The notes: generated by a model not told the origin, from the sequence alone. DNA of 27,407 nt from Calditrichaceae bacterium (GCA_024763405.1 JANTFQ010000001.1:1-27407), one strand, 5' to 3'. Counted from the stretch's first letter, positions 18,188-27,115 are shown. Translations and numbers: made by a program.

Positions 18188-21100
18188 TTAATCCTCGTCT
18201 AATTCAGAAAAAAGATCTTCTAAAGCCTCTTCATTCAAATCAACGTCCTGGAAATCTGACGGTGTATATACGCCGCCGGCGTCATTTTTCAAAAAGGCCA
18301 GGAGTTTAATTAATTCCCCTTCGTAAAGGGCTAGAAATTTTTTAATGGATTCTGTTCTAAATTGATTCTTACTGTACATAATATCAATTAAAAGGTTTTT
18401 CCCTTTTATACTGGCGCTGATTTCGAGCAGATAACTGCGACGTGACCTGGGGCTGCGTTCGTCATCATTAAAACCAGCCAGAGGTTTAAACAGGCTTAAT
18501 TCCTCCGAATCAGGCTGGAATTGTCCGAGATAATTGAATACAATTTCGGGATTCTGTAAAGCTTTTAATTTTTCAGAGAAATCACTCCTAAGGTATTTTA
18601 ATATCCCAAAACCAATGCCATTGTTCGGAATATTGCGTAATTGCTCTTTAACAGCGATAATGGATTTTCCGGTTTCGCTCATTTGTGAAAGATCCAGGAA
18701 AACAGGATACATACTAGTAAACCAGCCAACGGTGCGGGCCAGGCTAACCTCTTCCATAATATCTTCGCGTCCATGACCTTCCATCGCCAGCCAGATTCTG
18801 CTGTGACCGCTCCAGATTTTAAAGGCCTTAATCAAAGCGGTCAGCAGAATATCATTAATCTGCGTATTATAAACCGTATGCGCACCCCGCAGCAGATATT
18901 CGGTCTCCGTTTCATCCAGAACAGTCGAAACAACGGCTGCAGAAGCTTCTGTATTTTCACCATCCGGAAAATCAGGAACCAATTTATCAAAGCGCTTTTC
19001 AGCCAGCGTGTTCCAATAGGGGATTTCTTCCTGTAATTTTTTATTATCCGCGTAAGCCGATAATTTTTCCGTCCATTGTTTAAAGGAAGTGGTCTTTGCC
19101 GGTAAAACCAGTTCGGCGTTTGCCGTTAATTGTCCGTATGCAGTTTGCATGTCTTCACTCAAAATGCGCCAGGAAAGACCGTCGACCGCCAGATGATGGA
19201 CTGCAATGAAAATGAGGTCATTTTTTCCGCTTCCGCGCTTAAAAATTGCTGCCTTAATAATAGGGCCGGTCTCAAGATTTAGTGAACTTTGTAATTTAGA
19301 AATCTGTCTATGAATATTTTCTGACTGAGCAGGCTCCTCTAATTTCGATAAATCAAATATAGAAATCAAATCCGATTCTTCTTTCTCTTCAATTTTTGCC
19401 TGCCAGATTTGATCGGTTTTCCAGAAGCGTAATCGCAGTGCATCATGATGTTCCACTATTTTTTTGATAACCTGAGATAATATCGTTTCATCCACGGAAG
19501 CGGCCGCTTCTAACATGAGGGACTGGTTCCAGTGCCAGGGCTCCGGATGATTCTGATTAAAAAATTCAATCTGGATAGGAGATAAAAGCACCGGACCCGA
19601 AACAGTACCTTGTTCGGCTTCTATTCTTTTGGTCTGTTCAGCAACCGCGGCCAGGCTCTCAATGGTCGGATTTTCAAACATCTGCTTCGGTGTAATGCGT
19701 AAACCGGCCTGGCCGGCGCGGGCCACCACCTGGATGCTTAAAATAGAATCGCCGCCCAGCTCGAAGAAATTATCCCGCGTGCCAATCTGTTCGATGCCAA
19801 GAACCGCTTTCCATGTTTCGCTAAGAATTTTTTCTTTATCCGTGGAAGCTTCGATAAATTCAGTTCCCAAATCCGAACGGTCAAATTCCGGTTCTGGAAG
19901 CGCCCGACGGTTTACTTTTCCGTTGGGCAATAGTGGAAAAGCGTTTAAAGTAACGAAAGCAGCGGGCACCATATATTCGGGCAGAGTTTCTTTCAGGAAG
20001 CTGCGTATTTCAGGTATTTCAATATTTTTGTCCCTTTCCGCAACCAGGTAGGCGGCCAGCCGTTTGTCGCCCTCTTTTACTTCGCGCACAAGAACAACCG
20101 CATCTTTTACCGATTCGTGTTCCCTCAAACGGGATTCTATTTCGCCCAGTTCCATTCGGAATCCGCGCAGTTTTACCTGATGGTCCACCCGGCCGAGAAA
20201 CTCTACATTGCCGTCGGAAAGCCAGCGCACTAAATCGCCGGTCTTGTACATACGCGCCGCTTTGTCTTTGCAAAACGGATCGGCTATAAATTTTTCGGCA
20301 GTCAGTTCGGGACGGTTTAAATACCCTCTTGCCAACCCGTCTCCGGCGATGTATAACTCGCCTGCGGCTCCGACAGGAACCGGCTGCCCGCTTTGATCCA
20401 GGATGTAAAAGCGCGCGTTTGAAACAGGTTTTCCGATGACCGGGCGCAGTGGGCTGCTTTGTACATTACAAATAGTGGAATCAACCGTACATTCGGTCGG
20501 TCCGTACATATTGAAAAAAAGTATGTCCTTCGAGTCGACCAGTTTTTTCCAGGTTACCTCGTCGATGGCTTCGCCGCCGGGCAGAACCGCCAGCGGTTTC
20601 CATTCATCAGCATCCAGCAATCCAGCGTCTAATAGTAATTTTAGCTGTGCGGGTACACAATCCAGAACTTGGATCTTATATTTTCGGATATAGTCCAGCA
20701 TCGTATCACCGCTGCCTCGTGTTTCCATAGGAATAATTTGTAATCCGTGGCCGTGTGCCAGCATCACAATCTGCTGAACCGATGCATCAAAAGGTATGGG
20801 TGCATTTAAGCTTATTTTTAATTTTGTATTTCCAAAACAGCTGTAAATGGTTTGCTTTAAATTCTCTGCCAGGTGTAAAGCTGATTTATGGGAAATCATA
20901 ACCCCTTTGGGCTTTCCGGTGGAGCCGGAGGTGTAAATTATGTACGCCAGACTGTCTGTACTCTGCGTTAAATTTGGATTTTGAACAGATTCATTTGAGA
21001 TTTCCGCTCCCACCGTATCCAGAGCGATGACGCGCGTATTCGTTAACGCTAAATCAGTCACGGTCTCGGAATGAGTCAGCAGAAAGGGAACATGGGCGTC

Positions 21101-24100
21101 TGTAAGCATAAAATCGAGCCGTTCCTCTGGATAGGCCGGATCCAGCGGCAGATAGGCGCAGCCGGCTTTCCAGATGGCCAGCATGCTGACAATCATGTCG
21201 GTGGAGCGTTCCATTAAAATGCCGATAATGCTTTCTTGTTTTACCCCGGATTTTAATAGAAAAGAAGCAACCTGATTGGCGCGGGCGTTCAACTGTTCAA
21301 AGTTCAGCGTTTCGTCATTAATGCCTGCGGCAAATTGCTGAGGTTGTATTTTGGCCTGTTTTTCAATCAGATGATGGAGACATTTATCGGTCGGGTAATC
21401 AAGCATAGCGGGACGCCACTCAACGAGCATTTTATGCTGTTCCTCTTCTTTTAACAGAGGCAGCTCGGAAATATTTTGATCAGGATTTCGGACAATGGAT
21501 TCAAGAAGCGTGGTAAAATGACCCATTATTCGCTGGATGGTTTCTTCCTTAAACAGGCTGGTTTTATATTCCAGAATGGCAACCATGCGATTGGTATGCT
21601 CAATAATTTCTAAATTCAGATCAAATTTAGCGGTTTCTGTTTCAATGGCAAAAGGGGAGTAAGAGAGTTCTTCTAAATGTATTTCCTGAATATCCGAATG
21701 CTGCATGGAAAACATAACCTGAAAGAGTGGCGTATGGTTCATTTCCCGTTCCGGCTGGAGTGTGTCCACTAATTTTTCGAAGGGCATGTCCTGATGGTCA
21801 AAAGCGTCCATTGCTATTTTTTTGACCAGCCGTAGATGATGCCGGAATGAGCGGTTTTTGTTTATTGTACTGCGTAACACCAGGGTATTTACAAAAAAGC
21901 CAATTAATGGTTCAATTTCTCTGCGGTTACGGTTTGCCACCGGCGTCCCGATAGTAAAATCATCCTGGCCGGAATAGCGGTAGAGTAGGGTTTCGAATGC
22001 TGTCAGCAGAACCATAAATAAGGTGGTTTCGTGCTCTTTACTCAGTTGATTCAGTTGTTGGTAGAGGGCATCCGGTACACGATGCACCAACCGTTTTCCC
22101 TGATATGAAACCATAGCAGGTCTGGGAAAATCAGTAGGTAGTTCCAAAAAGAAGGAAGCGCCATCCAACTGTTTTTTCCAGAACGTCATTTCGTTTTCCA
22201 GGCGCGAACCGCTTAACCACTGACGTTGCCAGGCTGCAAAATCGGCATATTGAATTTGTAACGGAGTCAAAGGAATGGGTTCGTCTTTTATCAGCGCGTT
22301 GTAGATAAGTGAAAGTTCCCTAACCAGTACATTGACAGACCAGCCGTCGGATATAATATGATGCACCGTAATCATCAGTATATATTCCTGATCGGAAATT
22401 TTAAAAAGTTTGGCTCGTATCAACGGCGCCTTGCTCAAATCGAACGGTTTAGCAGATTCCTGATTGGCCCGTAGAATGAGATCGCTATCCGAAACACCGG
22501 CAGAATCTACGACCGGTAAGTCCAATTTTAATTGCGGTAAAATAACCTGCGATGCTTTTCCTTCTGCTGAGCTGCGAAAAATGGTACGAAGATTTTCGTG
22601 GCGCTGAACAATAAGATTTAAAGCCTGCAACATCTTTTCGACATCGAGTGTACCTTTGAGGCGAATAGCTCCCGGAATATTGTATTGTGGATTCCCTGGT
22701 TCCATTTGATCCAGGAACCACAAACGCTGTTGAGCAAAGGAAAGAGGCAGCTCGTCTGTTCGCGGAATGACCGGGATGCCTTGTATGGCAGTCGATTGAG
22801 AATGGGCAATATTCTTTTCCACAGGATAGCCGAACGCTTTAGCCAGTTCCCAGGTTATATCGCTTAAAAAATTATTTTTATGATGTTCACGCCAACGATC
22901 GGTGACGCTGGTATCGATATTTTTATGTAAATAAAATTTAAAATCGCCCACCATCTGAGAATGTTTACTCACCCCGTCTGTCATTTTATTACCCTGATAG
23001 GGTTTCAGCATATCCGGTTCAAAATCGATGTCTATAAAATTGCATATTCGCAGCATTTCGTTATACGGATCGAGTAATAGATCTTCAAAACGTAACCGTA
23101 TCTTTCGTTCATCGGGAATATCCTGTAAAAAGCGATTTATGTTTTGGTGACTGATAATATAGATCAATTCACCCAGTTCCCGCCGGGTAAAAGGATGTTC
23201 ATAACGAAAGAAATTCTGATCCAGTTTAGCTTCGATAAAAGAATACACCATGGCATAGGGATGCCGCAATAAATGGATGTACTTAGCCTGAGTAAAGTCC
23301 TGTTCCGCACGTTTTAAAATTTCAGGGTCAAAAGGATAAGTGGGCGATTTATCTACTAATATGCGGTCACCCATCCATTCCTGCAATGTGCGGTAATATT
23401 CTTTTACGCTCATATTCTGCGCCACAAAACCATCCATAATCCGGCGTGCCTCATCCACATCGGTCTGTTTTAATTCCTTGATAGCGCGGATGGTTGCTTC
23501 CAACCAGATTTCCAGGCCTTCTTCTGAAAAAGCTTCCCTGCGTTCCCGCACTGTGTTAAAAGAAAGCAAATCAAGTTCCGGCGGGGAGAAAAGTTTTTGA
23601 TTGCCGGCCAGCATCACGCGCAGCAGGGTAGAACCGGAACGCGGCGGGGATAGAACAAAGATGGCTGAAGGGTTTTTAGTAGAATCTGTTTCCGTACGTT
23701 GCGGCAGAGGCGTAATGATTTTTCGAATAGTGTCAATCTGTGGTTGTCCGATTTTATGCACTACTTCTTCGGCGACGTCAATCAGTTTATAAAGTTGATG
23801 AACCGATTCGTCTAATTCGAAACGTTCGCGGGTCAATTGCGGGTAATAATTAACAATATATCCGGCTAACTCGGCGATGGTCGGCGCTTTAAATACGACG
23901 CTTACATGGGTCACTTCGCCAAATTCTTTTTGCAAACGGTTGGCAAATACAGCGGCCTTTAATGAATTTCCGCCCAGTTCAAAAAAATTGTCGTGGATTC
24001 CTACTCTATCAATCGTCAAAATTTCGCCCCAAATCTCGGACAGAAATTGCTCTAGATTATTTCGGGGAGCCGTATATTGGGCTTCCATATCCGGACGTGC

Positions 24101-27100
24101 GTGACCAGGGGCAGGCAAAGCGTTTTTATCCACTTTCCCGTTTGGCGTTAACGGAATGCTGTCCATTTCCACCCAGGCAAAAGGAACCATATAATCGGGC
24201 AGTTTTTCGAGCAGGAAAGCACGTAGAACAGATGTTTTTATCTCCTGTTTTTCATTGGGAACAATATAAGCCGTTAGTACTTTGTCACCAGGATTATCCT
24301 GGCGCGCCAAAACCACGGCGTCTTTAAGCAGAGGATTTGTTTTTAAAACGGACTCAATTTCTCCCAGTTCAATCCGAAACCCGCGAATTTTTACCTGCTG
24401 ATCGATACGGGCCAGAAATTCAATATTTCCATCCGGAAGCCAGCGTACCAGGTCGCCGGTTTTATACAGCATTGAATTGCCGGAAGGGTCAAACGGGTTT
24501 TTTATAAAACGTTCGGCGGTTAACTCTTTCCGTTTCAAATATTCTAAAGCGAGGCCATCGCCACCCACATATAATTCACCCGGGATGCCAATTGGGACTA
24601 CCTGTATTTTTTTATTGAATACATACATCGTTGAATTCGCGATTGGTTTCCCGATTGGCACATTTGTGTCTGTTTCAGCAATTTTTTTAACTTTATACCA
24701 GGTAGAAAAAGTAGTGTTTTCCGTAGGACCATATACGTGTAATAAATTTTGTGGTGGTTCTGAGAGCGCTATTTTTCGAACAGAAGACGGATCCACCATT
24801 TCTCCGCCGAACATTACGGTATCCAGTGTTTTAAATGCGGAGGAATTCTCAGCGGCAATCTGGTTGAAAAGAGCGGTTGTTAGAAAAAGATGGCTAATTT
24901 CCTTATCCTTTAAAGCCTGAATAAAACTCTGTGTGGAAAGCATCACATCTTTTGGAATAGCAACGAGCCTGGCGCCGTTTAGTAAAGCGCCCCAGATTTC
25001 AAAAGTGGCAGCGTCAAAAGCAGCGTTTGACGCCTGAGCAATATTATGATTTGCTTTGATACGTACATAATCGGTATTTATAACCAGACGAATAACTGCC
25101 CGGTGGGGAACGATAACACCCTTTGGAATTCCGGTTGAACCGGAAGTGTAAATAATGTAGGCGCGATCTAAAGGTTTAGATAATACGGCAAGTGATTCGG
25201 CACTATAATCGGCAAGTAATTGGTCGTTGTCAATAGCCAAAGAAACGGCGCTGCCTTCGGGAAGATCGTCCAAAAGTTCCGTTTTTGTAAGTAATAATGA
25301 GGCCTCGGTATCTTTGAGGATAAATGATAAACGGTCCTTTGGATAAGAGATATCTAATGGAACATAAGCTGCTCCGGCTTTTAAGATGGCAAGGAAACCA
25401 ATGATCATATCCATCGAGCGCTCCATATAAAGAGCAACAAGATGACCGGGCTCCACCCCTTTCTCAATCAATAAATGGGCGAGTTGATTTGATTTGCTGT
25501 TTAATTCTTTATAAGTATAACTGAGGCTGTCATAGCGAACTGCAATCGCATCCGGTGTCTTTGCAACCTGCTGTTCAAATAATTCGGGAATGGAAGAGTC
25601 GGCCGGATAATTTGTAGCGGTCTGATTCCATTCGGTTAAAATGCGTGTTTGTTCTTTCTCGGAAATCAATGAAAGATTGGATATTTTCTCACTTGGATTG
25701 TTGAGTGCATTTTTGAGTAAGGTATGGAAATAACTGCTAAAACGACTGATGGTCTCTTCCGAGAACAGGTCGCGGTTATATTCAAAGGTACATTTGATAT
25801 GGTCCTCATGCTCGAGCATCAGAAGCAACAGGTCAAATTTGGCGACTTCTACTTCAATATCAACGATTTCGAGCGTAATCGAATCCATTGTAACACGTTC
25901 AAACGGTACCGTTTGTAAATCGAACATCACCTGAAAGAGCGGGGAATGCCCTAATTGAGGAGCGCCTGAAACGGATTCAACAATTTTTTCGAAGGGCACA
26001 TCCTGATTGTCGGAAGCGGTGATTACATCATTTTTAACACGCTGTATCAATTCGGCAAAGGTCATATCCGTTCTAAAATCAGCCCGTAAGACAACGGTGT
26101 TTACGAATAATCCAATGATGGATTCAATCTCGGCCCGGTTGCGGTTGGCAATGGGAGCGCCAACGCCAAAATCATCCTGCCCGCTGACTTTGTGCAGGAA
26201 TACCTGAAAAACAGCCATAATCAGAGCATACAGGGAAACTCCTTGTTCACGGCTCAGACGTCGCATCTTTTCGGTCAGTGCTTTTTTAATGGTAAAAAGG
26301 TGCTGGCGGCCGTTGTAAGTCTGGAAATCCGGACGGGGATAATCCGTATATAAATCTAAAAAATCGGGCATTCCCGATAAAGCATTTTTCCAGTACTGAA
26401 GCTGTTTCTCGATGGTGTTTCCAACAGCTCGTTCGGCCTGCCAGGCGGCATAATCCGCATATTGCAAATGCAAATCGGGTAATTCTGTTTGTGGTTCCTT
26501 TACAAGAATTCGATAATTGGAAATAATCTCATTTATAATAATTCCGATAGACCAGCCATCCGTGACAATATGATGGATGTCCAAACTGAGTACATACTGG
26601 CCTGGTTTGATTTTTAAAATGAACGATCGAATCAGCGGCGGGTTCGTCAAATCAAAAGGTTTGGCAGCGTCTTCTTTTAATAATTCCTGTATACGCTGAT
26701 CCATCTGCGCGGCAGGGGTGTTGCTAATGTCAATTTTAGGAATATCAATTTTATAGTTAGAAACGATAATCTGTTCCGCTTCGCCTTTTTCGTTGGTCAT
26801 AAAACCGGCGCGTAATACTTCGTGGCGGCGGATAATTTCATGGATACTTTTTCTTAAAATTTCCAGGTCGATATTGCCCGTTAACCGAATCGCCGAAGGA
26901 ATATTATAAAAGGCCGAATCCGGATCGAGTTGGTTCATAAACCACAAGCGCATCTGTGAAGATGAAATAGGGTACCGATGCTGTTCTTTTCTCTTCGTAA
27001 TCCGTCTGTTTTTTTGATCCGGTTTTTTTTGCGCTTGAAGTTTTTTTAGCAGCAGTTCGCGCTTTTCCGGAGAGAGTCCGGCCAATCGTTTGTGTATAGC

Positions 27101-27106
27101 TGACAT
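18188..27106 (-). CDS. NRPS B, 2972 aa: docking helix-C(LCL)-A(Ile-like)-T-sulfotransferase-C(LCL)-A(Gln)-T-E-COM
   Basis: ORF track. C1 HHIVTDGWS. A1 code DAFFMGVTFK is close to Ile codes DAFFLGVTFK/DAFFYGITFK. T1 is GGNSLKAA. A ~290-aa insert carries PPRSGSTLLRVMLAG. C2 HHIISDGWS. A2 code DAQDLGMVDK is close to the lichenysin Gln code DAQDLGVVDK. T2 GGDSILSIQ. E domain HHLAVDGLSW, EGHGRE, RTVGWFT. Tail TPSDF. Confidence 0.97.
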   Translation of the reverse strand: MSAIHKRLAGLSPEKRELLLKKLQAQKKPDQKNRRITKRKEQHRYPISSSQMRLWFMNQLDPDSAFYNIPSAIRLTGNIDLEILRKSIHEIIRRHEVLRAGFMTNEKGEAEQIIVSNYKIDIPKIDISNTPAAQMDQRIQELLKEDAAKPFDLTNPPLIRSFILKIKPGQYVLSLDIHHIVTDGWSIGIIINEIISNYRILVKEPQTELPDLHLQYADYAAWQAERAVGNTIEKQLQYWKNALSGMPDFLDLYTDYPRPDFQTYNGRQHLFTIKKALTEKMRRLSREQGVSLYALIMAVFQVFLHKVSGQDDFGVGAPIANRNRAEIESIIGLFVNTVVLRADFRTDMTFAELIQRVKNDVITASDNQDVPFEKIVESVSGAPQLGHSPLFQVMFDLQTVPFERVTMDSITLEIVDIEVEVAKFDLLLLMLEHEDHIKCTFEYNRDLFSEETISRFSSYFHTLLKNALNNPSEKISNLSLISEKEQTRILTEWNQTATNYPADSSIPELFEQQVAKTPDAIAVRYDSLSYTYKELNSKSNQLAHLLIEKGVEPGHLVALYMERSMDMIIGFLAILKAGAAYVPLDISYPKDRLSFILKDTEASLLLTKTELLDDLPEGSAVSLAIDNDQLLADYSAESLAVLSKPLDRAYIIYTSGSTGIPKGVIVPHRAVIRLVINTDYVRIKANHNIAQASNAAFDAATFEIWGALLNGARLVAIPKDVMLSTQSFIQALKDKEISHLFLTTALFNQIAAENSSAFKTLDTVMFGGEMVDPSSVRKIALSEPPQNLLHVYGPTENTTFSTWYKVKKIAETDTNVPIGKPIANSTMYVFNKKIQVVPIGIPGELYVGGDGLALEYLKRKELTAERFIKNPFDPSGNSMLYKTGDLVRWLPDGNIEFLARIDQQVKIRGFRIELGEIESVLKTNPLLKDAVVLARQDNPGDKVLTAYIVPNEKQEIKTSVLRAFLLEKLPDYMVPFAWVEMDSIPLTPNGKVDKNALPAPGHARPDMEAQYTAPRNNLEQFLSEIWGEILTIDRVGIHDNFFELGGNSLKAAVFANRLQKEFGEVTHVSVVFKAPTIAELAGYIVNYYPQLTRERFELDESVHQLYKLIDVAEEVVHKIGQPQIDTIRKIITPLPQRTETDSTKNPSAIFVLSPPRSGSTLLRVMLAGNQKLFSPPELDLLSFNTVRERREAFSEEGLEIWLEATIRAIKELKQTDVDEARRIMDGFVAQNMSVKEYYRTLQEWMGDRILVDKSPTYPFDPEILKRAEQDFTQAKYIHLLRHPYAMVYSFIEAKLDQNFFRYEHPFTRRELGELIYIISHQNINRFLQDIPDERKIRLRFEDLLLDPYNEMLRICNFIDIDFEPDMLKPYQGNKMTDGVSKHSQMVGDFKFYLHKNIDTSVTDRWREHHKNNFLSDITWELAKAFGYPVEKNIAHSQSTAIQGIPVIPRTDELPLSFAQQRLWFLDQMEPGNPQYNIPGAIRLKGTLDVEKMLQALNLIVQRHENLRTIFRSSAEGKASQVILPQLKLDLPVVDSAGVSDSDLILRANQESAKPFDLSKAPLIRAKLFKISDQEYILMITVHHIISDGWSVNVLVRELSLIYNALIKDEPIPLTPLQIQYADFAAWQRQWLSGSRLENEMTFWKKQLDGASFFLELPTDFPRPAMVSYQGKRLVHRVPDALYQQLNQLSKEHETTLFMVLLTAFETLLYRYSGQDDFTIGTPVANRNRREIEPLIGFFVNTLVLRSTINKNRSFRHHLRLVKKIAMDAFDHQDMPFEKLVDTLQPEREMNHTPLFQVMFSMQHSDIQEIHLEELSYSPFAIETETAKFDLNLEIIEHTNRMVAILEYKTSLFKEETIQRIMGHFTTLLESIVRNPDQNISELPLLKEEEQHKMLVEWRPAMLDYPTDKCLHHLIEKQAKIQPQQFAAGINDETLNFEQLNARANQVASFLLKSGVKQESIIGILMERSTDMIVSMLAIWKAGCAYLPLDPAYPEERLDFMLTDAHVPFLLTHSETVTDLALTNTRVIALDTVGAEISNESVQNPNLTQSTDSLAYIIYTSGSTGKPKGVMISHKSALHLAENLKQTIYSCFGNTKLKISLNAPIPFDASVQQIVMLAHGHGLQIIPMETRGSGDTMLDYIRKYKIQVLDCVPAQLKLLLDAGLLDADEWKPLAVLPGGEAIDEVTWKKLVDSKDILFFNMYGPTECTVDSTICNVQSSPLRPVIGKPVSNARFYILDQSGQPVPVGAAGELYIAGDGLARGYLNRPELTAEKFIADPFCKDKAARMYKTGDLVRWLSDGNVEFLGRVDHQVKLRGFRMELGEIESRLREHESVKDAVVLVREVKEGDKRLAAYLVAERDKNIEIPEIRSFLKETLPEYMVPAAFVTLNAFPLLPNGKVNRRALPEPEFDRSDLGTEFIEASTDKEKILSETWKAVLGIEQIGTRDNFFELGGDSILSIQVVARAGQAGLRITPKQMFENPTIESLAAVAEQTKRIEAEQGTVSGPVLLSPIQIEFFNQNHPEPWHWNQSLMLEAAASVDETILSQVIKKIVEHHDALRLRFWKTDQIWQAKIEEKEESDLISIFDLSKLEEPAQSENIHRQISKLQSSLNLETGPIIKAAIFKRGSGKNDLIFIAVHHLAVDGLSWRILSEDMQTAYGQLTANAELVLPAKTTSFKQWTEKLSAYADNKKLQEEIPYWNTLAEKRFDKLVPDFPDGENTEASAAVVSTVLDETETEYLLRGAHTVYNTQINDILLTALIKAFKIWSGHSRIWLAMEGHGREDIMEEVSLARTVGWFTSMYPVFLDLSQMSETGKSIIAVKEQLRNIPNNGIGFGILKYLRSDFSEKLKALQNPEIVFNYLGQFQPDSEELSLFKPLAGFNDDERSPRSRRSYLLEISASIKGKNLLIDIMYSKNQFRTESIKKFLALYEGELIKLLAFLKNDAGGVYTPSDFQDVDLNEEALEDLFSELDED
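18192..18196 (-). promoter_or_regulatory. Putative Shine-Dalgarno (GAGGA) for NRPS C, inside the last codons of NRPS B
   Basis: GAGGA-TTAAT-ATG. The B stop and C start are separated by 1 nt, consistent with translational coupling. Confidence 0.65.
18290..19590 (-). other. Epimerization domain of NRPS B (approximate bounds)
   Basis: LSPIQIEFF, HHLAVDGLSWRIL, MEGHGRE, RTVGWFTSMYP, FNYLGQF; preceded by a GGDSI-type T domain. Confidence 0.93.
22817..23677 (-). other. Embedded PAPS-dependent sulfotransferase domain (CurM/Ols ST-like) within NRPS B
   Basis: Sequence shows IFVLSPPRSGSTLLRVMLAG (5'-phosphosulfate-binding loop), FSPPEL, LVDKSPTY, YIHLLRHPY (3'-phosphate-binding region), RFEDL, DFEPDMLKPYQG and MTDGV. 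These match the motif order of curacin CurM and olefin-synthase ST domains as I recall them. Confidence 0.92.
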
Positions 27107-27115
27107 CTTGCATCA

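Noticed and set aside
1757-25170. Recurring near-identical DNA words (e.g. ccggtggaaccggaggtataaat; gccgcccagttcgaagaa; the shared ~45-bp block at ~11760 and ~19720)
   Set aside because: These encode the universally conserved A3, A7/A8 and T core motifs. They are expected in NRPS genes and are not CRISPR repeats or mobile-element ends.
461-26207. Dozens of 60-147 aa plus-strand ORFs and short alternate-frame minus-strand ORFs in the track
   Set aside because: All lie antisense to or within the long NRPS frames and have no recognisable motifs. Several recur only because they mirror conserved T/A motifs (e.g. 11753, 19629, 7133). They are shadow ORFs.
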